Assembly (NCBI GenBank): GCA_012295275.1
Contig: CM022677.1
Location: forward strand, 5,208,001-5,272,000
DNA from: Chrysomallon squamiferum
Taxonomy: Eukaryota; Animalia; Mollusca
Reading direction: 5' to 3'
Length of the DNA: 64,000 bases
A model generated the notes under the pieces. The model had not been told where the DNA came from, searched no databases, and saw nothing but the letters and a program-made list of their open reading frames with translations. Shown piece by piece: positions 38,206 to 52,124 of this stretch; the stretch's first letter is position 1; each line of letters starts with the position of its first letter. The translations under genes were made by a program, and so were the position numbers.

Positions 38206-40960
38206 GGGTCATTCCTGTGTCAAATCACCCAAAAAAAGAAAGAAATTTAAACCAATTGATCCTGGGATCCCCACAGCACCAAATCGGCATTTTGGCTCAA
38301 TCAGACCAGTGGTGTGGGAGATCTGACCCTCGGAATTTTGAGATTTTGCCAAAATGGGTGTGACCACCATCCTTAGAACCCTCATATCTCAGAACTATAG
38401 GCCAATCTTCATAAAATTATTAGAAGAGGCAAAATGACAAAGGATACCAAATCTGCCATTTGTTTAGTTTGGAAAATATTGGAGTACCTTGACCTTTTGA
38501 CCTTTACTGTGACTTTGAAATTGACCGTGTGGATCACATGATTTTGAGATGACCTTTATTGAAATTTAATCTCCACATGTTAACTAAAACATATAAAAGT
38601 TTCCTGGGTGTAATTTTTTTGTTTAGCCACAATATATAGATTTAAAAAAATGCACATACCCTGAAAATAACACGTTTACAACCATTAACATCTGATTAAC
38701 TAAAACCTGAATGATCAATTCTGGATACTGGGATCACCATCTTTCTTGATCATCTAGTAACATTGAAGCCTACATGTATAAAGTTCACATAAATTTGAGA
38801 ACCAGGTGTTTCTGATGCTTAACCTTCTCACTATGTTTCCATTTCAAATGCTCACTGTATCCTTCATTCCCAGACATTCTACTGTTCTCATCACTTTCAT
38901 AAAATTGGATTATTTCCTCCTTCAATTCATTGTCCTTTCAATGGGTGGTGACAAAATCAAGATTTGCGTTACCACCTGGATGAGATTCAGACATTAAGAT
39001 TCATTTTAATGTTACTGTAGCTGATGCTAGTTTTTTCTGTCCTTTCATTCATTTACTGGAATGTGCTAGTGAATGGAGTTTGACGTTGGCGTTTGCCTAA
39101 ACTCAACAGAATGTAATTCAAATCAAAAGTCCTTTCTGGAAACAACAACCAGCGGTTTGTCTGGCAGTTATCACCAAATTCTCCCATTGTAGTACCACCC
39201 ATTCAAAGCCATCCTCTGCAGGACCTGATTTCTGAAAGGTAATCAGACAGTCACAGCACAACTTTGTCTCCTGACACTAGTGTCTTTGGGAGGATTTATT
39301 TAAGCATTTGTGGGTGCCCATGCTAACAATTCTTAAAGATCTGAGTGCGTGTTTGCGTTCGTGGCTGATTAAGGGGATCATAAACAGTTTTCTCTGGCGT
39401 TGAAAATTTGATGAAAAGTTCTTTTGTTCATGATACTCTTTGATGTCCTGTGTTTTGATCCCACTTCAAAGAGTGAGGGGAGTTCATTTCAGTTTTCCAT
39501 ACACTTCAGTAAATAACTCCTTTTTGATATGATGGTGTTGATAACACACATTTTAGGAGAGTTAAAGCTGCAGTTAGCTCTAGGAAGAAATAAGGATTAT
39601 TGGCCTGTAATTCAGTTCAATAGAACAAAGCCGGGTGCTTTCCTAAATATTAAATCAAATCACTCGAACCCTTTCAGTAAAGTTAAATAGGTCATAAATG
39701 GGCAGAGTACATGTTATTGCCAAGGCCCACAGAGATGTGGGGCATTTGAGGTCAATCTTCTCAAGTATAAATCCAGTTTATTAAGGTGAATAGACCTTAT
39801 TCATAATCTGTGCAGAAGATCAGTGTACAAACACATTATGCAGCATCTTGATGACATCTGATTTCCAGACTGGGTTGTACTGTTGACTGAAACCTTGTTC
39901 AAAACCAATGGGGGCCCCATGACATGATAAAATTGCTTAACAGGTTTTATGAAATAAAATATTGTTTATATCAACATCTGACATTGTGTCCAACAAAAGC
40001 CAGATTGTCAAAGAAATACAGATGAAGAAACTGCTGTTCTTAAACTTCAAATTGCCATGTGTCAATGGGGATTGCACCAGGGAATCTAAAGGAGTTCCTG
40101 ACCTGCCTGAAGCTTATTACTATGTTAACCCCTTTGAGCCTGATTGTGTAGAACATGTCATGCCATTTGGCATCTTTTTCATATCCTTCAGCATTCCTTC
40201 AGACATGTCAGGGTGTGGTTTAACTCCAAAGATGAGTTTTAGTCTCAGAGAAAATGTACATTGTAATGCATTGTATCAATTATCCATGCAGGTATGCATT
40301 TTTTAAATCTCATTAAGGCTAAACAAAAATATTATACCCAGGAAACTTTTATATGTGAACTTTATGCATACATGTGGCCTACAATGTCTTACTCAATGAT
40401 CAAGAGATGGTGATTCTTGGCATCCAGAATTGATCATTCAGGTTTTAGTCAATCAGATGTTAATGCCGAAAAAAGGTGTTATTTTGTGTATGTGCATTTT
40501 TAAATCTTATATTGTGGCTAAAAAAAAAATATAACACCCAGGAAACTTTTATATGTTTTAGTTAACATGTGGGATTAAATTTTCAATAAGGTCATTCCAA
40601 GATCACGTGATCCACACGGTCAATTTCAAGGTCATAGCAAAGGTCAAAAGGTTTGGGAAAATTCAAATATTTTCCAAACTAAATAAAGACAGATTTGGTA
40701 TCCTTTGTCAGCTTGCCTTTCTAACACTTTTTGTGAAGATTACCCAGTAGTTCCAGAGATATGAGGGTTCTAAGGTTAGGTCAGCCACCCCATTTTGGCA
40801 AAACTAAAATCTGTAATGATCTCCCCACACCACTGGTCTGATTGAGCTAAAACAAGTTCAGATTTATGCCAGGGATCCCAGTCAACAAGTATACCAAGCT
40901 CTAATAAAATCTTATATCTGCCTGTTTAAAACCATTGGGTGATTTGACACGGAATGACCC
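38206..40960 (-). mobile_element. Sola2-type DNA transposon, internally deleted, left copy
   Basis: Termini GGGTCATTCC..GGAATGACCC, 4-bp TSD ATAG (38202-38205 and 40961-40964), long TIRs, transposase N-terminal remnant on the minus strand (~38795-39320). Confidence 0.8.
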
Positions 40961-41156
40961 ATAGGTTGTAATATAGCCATCTAGACATAGTTAGTTATGT
41001 GCTGCAAGTAGTTTTGACAGGGAATTAGATATATGATTGATGGATGGTTATTGATCTGTTGTAATGTGATAATAAAACAAATAGGTATGTAGGTTCAGTA
41101 GTTCAGTAGGTTGATATGTAGATATGTAGAGAGTTAACTAATAGATATCAGACACA

Positions 41157-41356
41157 NNNNNNNNNNNNNNNNNNNNNNNNNNNNNNNNNNNNNNNNNNNN
41201 NNNNNNNNNNNNNNNNNNNNNNNNNNNNNNNNNNNNNNNNNNNNNNNNNNNNNNNNNNNNNNNNNNNNNNNNNNNNNNNNNNNNNNNNNNNNNNNNNNNN
41301 NNNNNNNNNNNNNNNNNNNNNNNNNNNNNNNNNNNNNNNNNNNNNNNNNNNNNNNN
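41157..41356. other. Assembly gap (200 N) at the symmetry centre of the inverted duplication
   Basis: Run of exactly 200 N, typical of an unsized scaffolding join. Confidence 0.99.
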
Positions 41357-41503
41357 CTACTGAACTACTGAACCTACATACCTATTTGTTTATTATCCAC
41401 ATTACAACAGATCAATAACCATCCATCAATCATATATCTAATTCCCTGTCAAACTACTTACATACATAACTAACTATGTCTAGATAGCTATATTACAACC
41501 TAT

Positions 41504-44338
41504 GGGTCATTCCGTGTCAAATCACCCAATGGTTTAAACCCGACCGTCTCAGATTTTTATGAAACTTGGTATACTTGTTGACTGGGATCCCACAGCACCA
41601 AATCTGACATTTTAGCTCAATCAGACCAGTGGTGTGGGAGATACGGCCCACGGAATTTTGAGATTTTTGCCAAAAATGGGTGTGACCACCAACCTTAGAA
41701 CCCTCATATCTCAGGAACTACTGGGCCAATCTTCACAAAATTGGTATTGTTAGAAAGGCAAAATGACAAGGATACCAAATCTGCCAATTTTGTTTAGTTT
41801 GGAAAATATTGGAGTACCTTGACCTTTTGACCTTTGCTATGACCTTGAAATTGACCGTGTGGATCACGTGATCTTGAGATGACCTTTATTGAAATTTAAT
41901 CTCCCACATGTTAACTAAAACATATAAAAGTTTCCTGGGTGTAATATTTTTTTGTTTAGCCACAATATAGATTTAAAAATGCACATACCTGAAAATAACA
42001 CCTTTTCAGCCATTAACATCTGATTGACTAAAACCTGAATGATCAATTCTGGATGCTAAGAATCACCATCTCTCTTGATCATTGAGTAAGACATTGTAGG
42101 CCTACATGTATGCATAAAGTTCACATATAAAAGTTTCCTGGGTATAATATTTTTGTTTAGCCTTAATAGAGATTTAAAAAAATGCATACCTGCATGGATG
42201 ATTGATACAATGCATTACAATGTACATTTTCTCTGAGACTAAAAACTCATCTTTGGAGTTAAAACCCACCTGACATGTCTGAAGGAATGCCTGAAGGATA
42301 TGAAAAGATGCCAAATGGCATGACATGTTCTACACAATCAGGCTCAAAGGGTTAACAGGAAGTAATGCTTCAGGCAGGTCAGGAGCTCCTTTAGATTCCC
42401 TGGTGCAATCCCCATTGAGCACATGGCAATTTGAAGTTTAAGACAAAGAAGTTTCTTCATCTGCATTTCTTTGACAATCTGAAGCTTTTTAAGTTGGACA
42501 CAATGTCAGATGTTGATATATAAACAATATTTTTATTTCATAAAACCTGTTAAGTAATTTTATCATGTCATGTGGGCCTTGCCATTGGTTTTGAACAAGG
42601 TTTCAGTCAACAGTACAACCCAGTCTGAAATCAGATGTCATCAAGTGATGCACTGCATAATGTATTTGTACACCAAGTCTTCGGCACAGATTATGAATAA
42701 GGTCTACTTCACCTTAATAAACTGTGATTTATACTTGAGAAGATTGACATAAATGCCTAAGACTTGTGGGCCTTTGGCAATAACACATGTACTCTGCTGC
42801 CATTTTATGACCTGCTTAACTTTACTGAAAGGGTTTCAGGATTTGATTTAATATTTAGGAAAGCACTGACTTTGTTCTATTGAACAATACTGAAAATCCT
42901 TATTTCTTCCAGAGCTAACTGCAGCTTTAACTCTCCTAAAAATGTGTGTTATCAACACCATCATATCAAAAAGGAGTTGTTGCAAAGTGTATGGAAAACT
43001 GAGGAAATCGAACTCCTCACTCTTTGAAGTGGGATCAAAACACAGGACATCAAGAGTATCATGAACAAGAACTTTTCATCAAATTTTCAACATCGCAGAA
43101 AAACTGATGTGATCCCCTTAATCGCCACCCTGAGCAAGCACGCACTAGATCTTTAAGAATTGTTAGCATGGGCACTTACAAATGCTTAGTAAATCCTCCA
43201 AAGACACTAGTGTCAGGAGACAAGTTGTGCTGTGACTGTCTGATTACCCTTCAGAAATCAAAGGTCCTGCAGAGGATGGCTTTAGTATGGGTGGTACTAC
43301 AATGGGAGAATTTGGTGATAACTTGCCAGACAAACCGCTGGTTGTTGTTTCCCCAGAAAAGGACTTTGATTTGAATTACATTCTGTTGAGTTTAGGCGAA
43401 ACGCCTGTCAAACTCCATTCACTAGCACATTCCAGTAAATGAATGAAAGGACAGAAAAAAACTAGCATCAGCTACAGTAACATTAAAATGACATCTAAAT
43501 GTCTGAATCCTATCCAGAGCGTGTGCAAATCTTGATTTTGTCACCCTTTACCATTGAAAGGACAATGAATTGAAGGAGGAAATAATCCAATTTTATGAAA
43601 GTGATGAGAACAGTAGAATGTGTCTGGGAATGAAGGATACAGTGAGCATTTGAAACAAACATAGTGAGAAGGTTAAGCATCAGAAACACCTAGTTCTCTC
43701 AAATTTATGTGAACTTTATACATACATGTAGGCCTTCAATGTCTTACTAGATGATCAAGAAAGATGGTGATCCCTAGCATCCAGAATTGATCATTCAGGT
43801 TTTAGTTAATCAGATGTTAATGGCTGTAAACGTGTTATTTTCAGGTATGTGCATTTTTTAAATCTATATTGTGGCTAAACAAAAAATATTACACCCAGGA
43901 AACTTTTATATGTTTTAGTTAACATGTAGGAGATTAAATTTCAATAAAGGTCATCTCAAAATCACGTGATCCACACGGTCAATTTCAAGGTCATAGCAAA
44001 GGTCAAAAGGTCAAGGTACTCCAATATTTTCGAAACTAAACAAAAATGGCAGATTTGGTATCCTTGTCATTTTGCCTTTCTAACAATACCAATTTTATGA
44101 AGATTGGCCCAGTAGTTCCTGAGATATGAGGGTTCTAAGGTTGGTGGTCACACCCATTTTTGGCAAAAATCTCAAAATTCCGAGGGCCGTATCTCCCACA
44201 CCACTGGTCTGATTGAGCTAAAATGTCAGATTTGGTGCTGTGGGATCCCAGTCAACAAGTATACCAAGTTTTATAAAAATCTGAGACGGTCGGGTTTAAA
44301 TTTCTTTTTTTTTTGGGTGATTTGACACGGAATGACCC
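41504..44338 (+). mobile_element. Sola2-type DNA transposon, internally deleted, right copy
   Basis: TSD CTAT (41500-41503 and 44339-44342); TIRs ~41504-42128 and ~43706-44338. Transposase remnants LVSGDKLCCDC, LNYILLSLGETPVKLHSL, EIIQFYESDENSRMCLGMKDTVSI and HQKHLVLSNL. GRG ends, a 4-bp TSD and long TIRs are the described Sola2 traits. Confidence 0.82.
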
Positions 44339-47300
44339 CTATGTATTTTACTGTATGTCTACACTCTCAGCCTGGCACACAAACACACAAGACAGAAAGA
44401 AGAAAACATAGACACTGACATGTTTAACTATCTGCCTAAATTCATCTACATCTATCAATTTACTTGTTAACTTCTACTGATCTAACTGTCTATCAGTCTA
44501 TCAATAATATCTCCCTCTTTTCTTGCTGTTTATCTCTTTACCTGTTAACCTTTCATCAGACAGTCAGTCTCCTATCTCTGTCAATCTTCTCTCCATACCT
44601 TTAAATCACTTATAGTTGCTCTAAACTTGCTAATATTGTCTATGAAAACAACATTAAGCTGGAACCTGCTTGTTATCTATCTGTAAATATCATTGCTCCA
44701 CATATTTTCATTTCTTCTATAATTTGTAATGTAGAAACACACATAGCTTTTGCACTGTCATTAGTTATTACAGTGGAAGTTTTTGTTCCCTTCCATAATA
44801 ACCAAGAATCATCCACTGTTAACTACTGGAGAATAATCAGTCAACACTGATGTGTACTGTCAACATTTTCTCTGGAAACTGCTTTGGAAAGAAAAATCCA
44901 TCTTTTGTGAATAATAATTGTTCCATATCAGTAGATACCTCATCTGTTTAAAATCTCCCTAGTCTTGTAACTGAAGCTGATTCCAGAATCTTGTCTTTCC
45001 TGTAGATACAATAATAAAATGTAATATAAATAATAAGTATTTTTCAATTGTGTTTAATTGTCTGTAATGTTAGAAAGAAATTATTATAAATAAACATCAT
45101 CTGTCTCTTATTGTAATACATTTTAATAACAAATCACAAATAATTTAAACAAAAAATATATATCTATGAAAAAGTATCACTACAAATTTTACATTCTGGT
45201 CAATTTAAAAAGAAAAATTGTCTTTTATAACTAAATTCATAAACATATTTGAAAATATTTCTTTATGAAAGATTTTCTAATACTAAACAAGAAGAATGCA
45301 TTGATTAAATCAAAGTATTTTAAAGTAAGCAATACAAACATAACATGAAAATGTAATAATAATAATAATAATAATACAAATACCACTAATATTTCTCAAA
45401 GCTGAAATTCATAAAATTGTGAATTCTCCCCTGAATCTTCAGCACTGACCTGCCTTGTACTGTAAGGGAGAGAGTGAGATCTGAAAAACTTAGTCGTTGA
45501 CCAAGTTTTTAAAAGAAATACAAAATCTGACATGGACTTGACAGTTTCCACCTGTAAATTGAAAAGAATTCATTGTCACCAGCCTATAAAAATAACTAAT
45601 TGATAAGTTCTGTCATTTATTAGTTTACTAATAGATACCAAAGCTTTTCAGTTCTAATAACAAAATGTTAATGTCATTCTGCACTAGGTATGTGAATTCA
45701 GTCATTTTGATTACTTTAATTTTTTGGAACACTTAAAACTGATCCTATACACCTAATTTTAGATCTGATTAAAAATATAAGTTAATAATCTGGCAATACA
45801 TTTATCCAGAATAATAATCTTTTAATCCCAAAGAGAATTCCAATTAATTACAAATATTTAACATTTTAAAATGTGATGATATAATTAATTCAAACCACAA
45901 AAAAGGCCTTTACACCTTCAGATCTTTTTGAAATATTTAAGAAAAAAAAAAATTTATAACAGTAAATGACAGCTGAATAAATTCATAAAAAATAAACATT
46001 ATCTGTGAATATCATTCAGTTCTTCAGTTAGTTTATGTATATTATTCTAACACAAAACAAAAGTTAACAGATTTGAATCCTGAACGAGGAAGTGATCCAG
46101 CTGATTAAAAACAATAATAATTGAACAAAATAATGCAGATACTGTAACAGTGACACTGAAACTAATCAACTCTGATATATAAAGTTTTGACTGGTAGGGA
46201 TTTACATTTGCGTCTTCCTGATCAATGGCAGTTTATAACATAATTACCACCAACTTGATGGCTGTGCATTTGGAATGTACATTTTTAAGGAATATCGAGG
46301 AATTTTTATAAAATAGAATCAAGAAATGAAGTACTGGTTTTGACAGGTTTTTGTTTTATTTTATTTTATTATTATTGTTGTTGTTGTGGTGATGGTTGTT
46401 GTTATTGCTATTATATATTTTTAAATAATTTATTTAAAATGCTATTTCAGCTGATAAAGAAAAAAAAAGCAAACAAAAAAACATTAATATCCCTTCCCTG
46501 CAAACCACATAAGTATAAAATCCACCGATCTGTCTTGTATCTGATTACATGAAAGGTCTTCCAAGCTGGTCAAGAAAATCCTCTGAAATGCTGGATCCAA
46601 AGTTTGTGCTGGTGGTATGATAGTATGATAGCTATATTTAAACAACTATCTTGTTTCCTACTATTTGTTCAAGATTGGGCAATTTTGTGCATTTGGTACA
46701 TTCCCCTTTTTTTAACCAGATTTTTCTAAATAAACAAATATAGAAAGAAAAATTAATGAAATAAAAATAAATTAACAATAAATAAAAAATGAGCATCAAG
46801 TTTATCATTCTAAATCTTAACATAAATTATTTAAATGATTATTTTTTTTACCTATTTCAGGCTAGGAGCATTTGATTAATTTGCATAATAAAATCTTTGG
46901 GAAGAAAAATTTCAGTCATGAAAAATTATTATAAATTATACTTTAACAATGTTTTAATACTGACTGGATATAATGGCAACATTCAAGAAGCAGCAAAAAC
47001 ATATAGAAGAAAAAAAAAAGTATTACTATAAAAAATATCAAGACCACTTACTTCAGAACAGTTCTCTGTTTTATTGATTTCCTGTGTCTGGCTAGTAACT
47101 GTATCAGATGAATTTGTCAGCTTCAAGTTTTTTTTCTCAAAATCACCTGCAAAACCAGAAATATTTATTTTCAGCTTGCACAAGATTACTTATTTAGCAA
47201 TTTTGGAAGTAAAGCTGGATTAGCCACAGTTAACAAACTCAAAATGGTTTCCAGCTTACAGTTTGTTTTATCTGTATTCACTGAGTACATTTCTCTCTTT

Positions 47301-48631
47301 TATTTCCTCTGTCATCTTGAACGTCTACATTGATCTAGCAGACTGTTTTGGCAGGCATCCCAGCTACTAATAATTATTTATGATGAGCCTAAAACTGTGT
47401 CAGGAAATATCAAAACTATATCTCATAGACTGATAGAGAAAAAACAAAAACAAATTCATAAATAAAAATTAAGAAAGACATTTAATCCCAAATCTAAACT
47501 AATTACTTCTGCTAGTTAGACTCTTTTAAGGAATGATGGATGCTATTAATTTAAATGTTTATGATCTACATGCAGAGAAGTTTTGAATGCCAGCATTTTA
47601 AAAAATAAATATATAAAATAAAGTAAATATTAAAAATAAAATATTAATTAAATCTAAATAGATTAGAGAGATAACAAATATGTCTAAAATAAAGATGAAT
47701 TTGAATAACATAATTAAAGCTATAGAAGAATTTTTCTTTCAGAAACACATTAAACAAAATTATGAACTGTTTTCACACATAACTAAATATCACTCCTTTA
47801 TACAAATACAATGAAATGCAGTACTTCTTGGCTCAATTTTTGTGAGTTAAAAATGAAACTGTTTTGGTTACTACTAGTACAAATACAAGCTAAAAAGAAC
47901 TGCTGCTGAACTTCAAGTCTTTTGTCTTTCCCATGCACAGTGGTTTTTTTCCCTGGTTTTAGCATGTTCAAGTTTTTCAAAAAAAAATTCTCCTGATATT
48001 TGACTGTTGAGATTGGTGACTGGTGTAAGACTCTCCAACTTAAGAATTGACGTGGTCGGCTTCAATGTCCATGTCTGAATCAGAGTCACATTGGTGGGTG
48101 CACTGCCTAGTTTGAGTAAATAAATAAATAAATACAATACTGTAAAAAATATAAAATAAATAAAACATTGCTACTACGTTTACTGCAACACTATATGCTA
48201 CTTTTATTAACATCATTACTGTAACTACAATTTACTATTATTCCTTATTCAACTAGGCTAACTGTTATTGAAATAATACTCCTATTACTAAAATTATGAT
48301 CCATAATAATAAAAGTGATTTTTTTTACTCTCTTCACCATTACTCCTATGCTTGTATTTGTTTACTCAAATATCAATTCTACAATGTTATTACAACAAGT
48401 AGTATTATTATTACAAGTACTAATGATGTAACAACTACATTACTACAACGATGGCAACGACTAATACTACTACTATAACAACAACCTCTATAGATCCTCC
48501 TGTTCTGCCATATTCTTTGATGACATTTCTACCCTGTGGTGACTCACTAAATTAGCTCTTCTTGTGGACAAAGCAGTTTCTGAAAAACAACAGTAATTTA
48601 TTTATTTACCTTTGTAGTTATATATGTATCT

Positions 48632-48735
<104 letters not shown>

Positions 48736-51231
48736 CTGGGAGAGAGAGGTTTAGAATAAGTCCAGTGGCAGCAGTACAAACTTTATCCTCAGTGCTGGAC
48801 AGCACCTTATACTGAAACAACTTCACTAGCAAACATCAGCACATCAATTAGAGCTGTATGTGTATTCTGAAAATAAAAATACAACTAAAATAATAAAAAT
48901 AATAAACTGTTAAAAATAAATAACTAATGTTTCTGTATTATTTAAATTTTACTGTTATCAGTTACTGGATTATTCAGACACAAAGGGAAGGGGGATATTT
49001 TTTACATACTTTGTATAATCATTATACAACTTGCAACTTGGAATTGTGTTGTCTGAATCAGGTACAGGACCAGCTTGGTCCTTCAAACTGTCAATATGGC
49101 GAGACATCACTCTCATGAACGCTGCCTTCCCAAGTCTCATCTTGTTCTGCTGCAGCTACAGCCTCTGTTTTCTTCTCTCTCTTTTCTTTATCTTCTCATC
49201 CAGCTTCATTCTCAGAGCGGCAAGCTCAGATGTTACCTGCTGCTCAACTTTCTGGCTGTTATTTTTGCCATCACAGTCGTCTGCCTAGTTTTTTGTTTTG
49301 CAGCGTAGCAGATGAAGTGTTTTTACCAGCATCAGCTTGATTTCACAAAAAAGCAGACTTAAATGGTGCTCTGCCCTTTTCTTCTTGTTCCTGTTGATAC
49401 ATGTAAACCATCGGTATATCATATTATAGTATTCCAGCAGCACTTGCACTCTACAGTATGATACTGATCAATGATTGTGTAGCTGGATGAGAAATTTATA
49501 AAATATTTCACTCACATCTGATTTTTTACAGAACCATTCTTTAAATTCATTTGGAACATTTTCTCCACATGACCTAGAAAACATAAAAAATAAAAATTAT
49601 TAGTAATGATATGAAAAATAAAATGGATAATAATAATAAAGATCACAAAATTAATAATAATAAAAATAAAACATAATAATAATAATAAAAAGTAGTAATA
49701 ATAATAAGAGAAGAAGAAGATGAAAAAGAAGGAATTACAACAAAACAAAACAAAGTGTAAATAAATAAATTAAAATTGACCATTAAGAAAAGAAGAGAAA
49801 CAAAGAACAGGATAACAAATTATTTGAGTGTTTATTTGGGTGTTAAATATTTTTTTTATAAATAATTTTATTAATTTTTATAGCATCATTTACATATGAA
49901 ATAACCTGGTCATGTATTTCTTAAATTTGTATTCATCTTTATTTGTTTTTAGTGTTAACATAGAGCTATACAGGTATTTAGCTTAAATAATATGAAAGCA
50001 TTTAGGGACCCACCCATTATAAAATTTAATATAGTTTAATAATTATAGAGCAAGTCTATTTAACCTAAATCTTTGAAAATAATAAATCATAAATAAACTG
50101 ACTGAAAACAACCGGTCAAACAAAATTAGCATATTTTCTTTTAATAGTTTTATTAGTTTATTTCAAGAACAACAACAACAACAAAATAATTATGATAATA
50201 AATAAAAAAAAAATAAATAAATAAATAAATAAATAATAACAATAAGAATAACAATAATAATAATAATAATAATTTTAAATTCTCTGTGACTTGTTGTGTG
50301 GTGTTTCTTTGGTGTGTGCTACACAAGTCAATTTATTTTAAAACAAATTTAATTACTGGCCACTCAAAATTTGCTGATACATCATGACGTTGTTTATGTT
50401 GTTCACATTAGTACAACCACTGGTGAATGTTATTATTAATCGAGTGTCGTTATTTGAAAAAATTATAAATAAATAAATAAATAAATATTGTTCTCAAATA
50501 ATATGGCTGCCATCAGTTGTCTATGACTTTTAAATTATAATTAAATAAAACGAAAAAAATCCAAACACATTAACATTTATAATAATAAATAGTAATACCT
50601 GTCTCCTTCACAAAATGAAATACTTTAAACAACTGTTTTAATGCGATTACACCAATTCTGTAGAAAATTCTTCGAACATTAAATAAAAAAGTAAATCCGT
50701 AAAGTCCGACAATCATCCCGCATTTTTCTGCATATACAATCCCCCCCCAAAAAAAAAAAAAATAAATAAAAACAAAATTAAAATAATGTTCAAAACAAAT
50801 AAAATAAAATAAAGGAACATCAGAACCTTTATTAAAATATATTTATTTTATTTATTTATTTATATATTTTTTTTATCTTATTATTAGCCAATCGTTGACC
50901 GTAAACTTCAAATAAACGGTGTTTTTATTTTTTTTTCCCCTACTTTTTCTTTCTTCTTCTTGTTTATATTAATGCACCAAATAAAATCACAAAACTTACA
51001 ACTCACACTACAAGTTGCTTATTATTGTGCAGGAATTTACCAATGTTTGATATCCTATTCTAAAATGTATTATACCATTTCTATCAATATCACCATCGTT
51101 GCCGTCGTAACGGCGTTGTTTCAAGCTTTCTAGAGTCCTTCTCATTATTCTTTAGCGGGCGAATCACCTCTTCAAATACATTATTGTGATTTCTAGTAAT
51201 GTCGCCGTCGTTCCAGTATTAACGTCTTGGT

Positions 51232-51918
51232 TAATATCACACGTCACTGTACAGTATTTCTTTACTTAATACTACTAATATCACGTCACAGTTCTTATTT
51301 ACTTAATATCGCGTTACTGTACATATTTATTTTGCTTAATTTCTGCTACTATTACGTTACGGTTCAGTATTTATTTACTTAATACTGCTACTATCACGTT
51401 ACTATACAGTGTTTATTTAGTTAACGCTGCAAATATCACGTTCGTGTACAGTATTTATTTACTTAATACTGCTAATATAACGTTACTGTACAGTATTTAT
51501 TTATTTAACCCTGCTAATATCACGTTACTGTACAGTTCTTTTTTTACTACTGCTAATATCACTTTACTGTACAGTATTTATTTACTTAATACCGCTGGTA
51601 TCGCGTTACTGTACAGTATTGATTTATTTAACGCTCCTAATATCACGTTACTGTACAGTTCTTTTTTTACTACTGCTAATATCACTTTACTGCACAATAT
51701 TTATTTATTATCTCTGATAATATCACGTTACTGTACAATAGTTATTTAGTTAATGCTGCTCATATCACGTGACTGTACAGTATTTATTTACTTAATGCTG
51801 CTAATATCACGTTACTGTACAGAATTTATTTACTTAATACTGCTAATATCATTTTTTTTCTTTCAGTATTTATTTACTTAATACTGCTAATATCACAATA
51901 CAGTATTTATTTACTTAA
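51232..51918. repeat. 39-bp minisatellite, right arm (~17 units)
   Basis: Reverse complement of the 30612-31466 array, shorter. Confidence 0.92.
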
Positions 51919-52124
51919 GAGGAGATTCTTCATATTTCGCAGAATAAGGTCCGCTACAGAGAAAGAATGAAAAAGAAAAAGAAAAATAGAAATGAAATAA
52001 AGTGTAATGATTCTGGATAAAAACATTTTGTATCAATTAAAACTGACATTTATTCAAACATATTCATAAAATAAAATAAAAAAAAATAAAAAAAAAATGT
52101 GGAATAACATAATAAAAAATAAGT

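Larger units (their letters stand above)
27611..41156 (+). repeat. Left arm of a ~29-kb inverted duplication
   Basis: Collinear reverse-complement match to 41357-56347 throughout; ORF pairs 35324+/46983-, 35955-/46340+, 33111-/49075+, 30715-/51444+ and 28610-/52403+. Confidence 0.95.
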
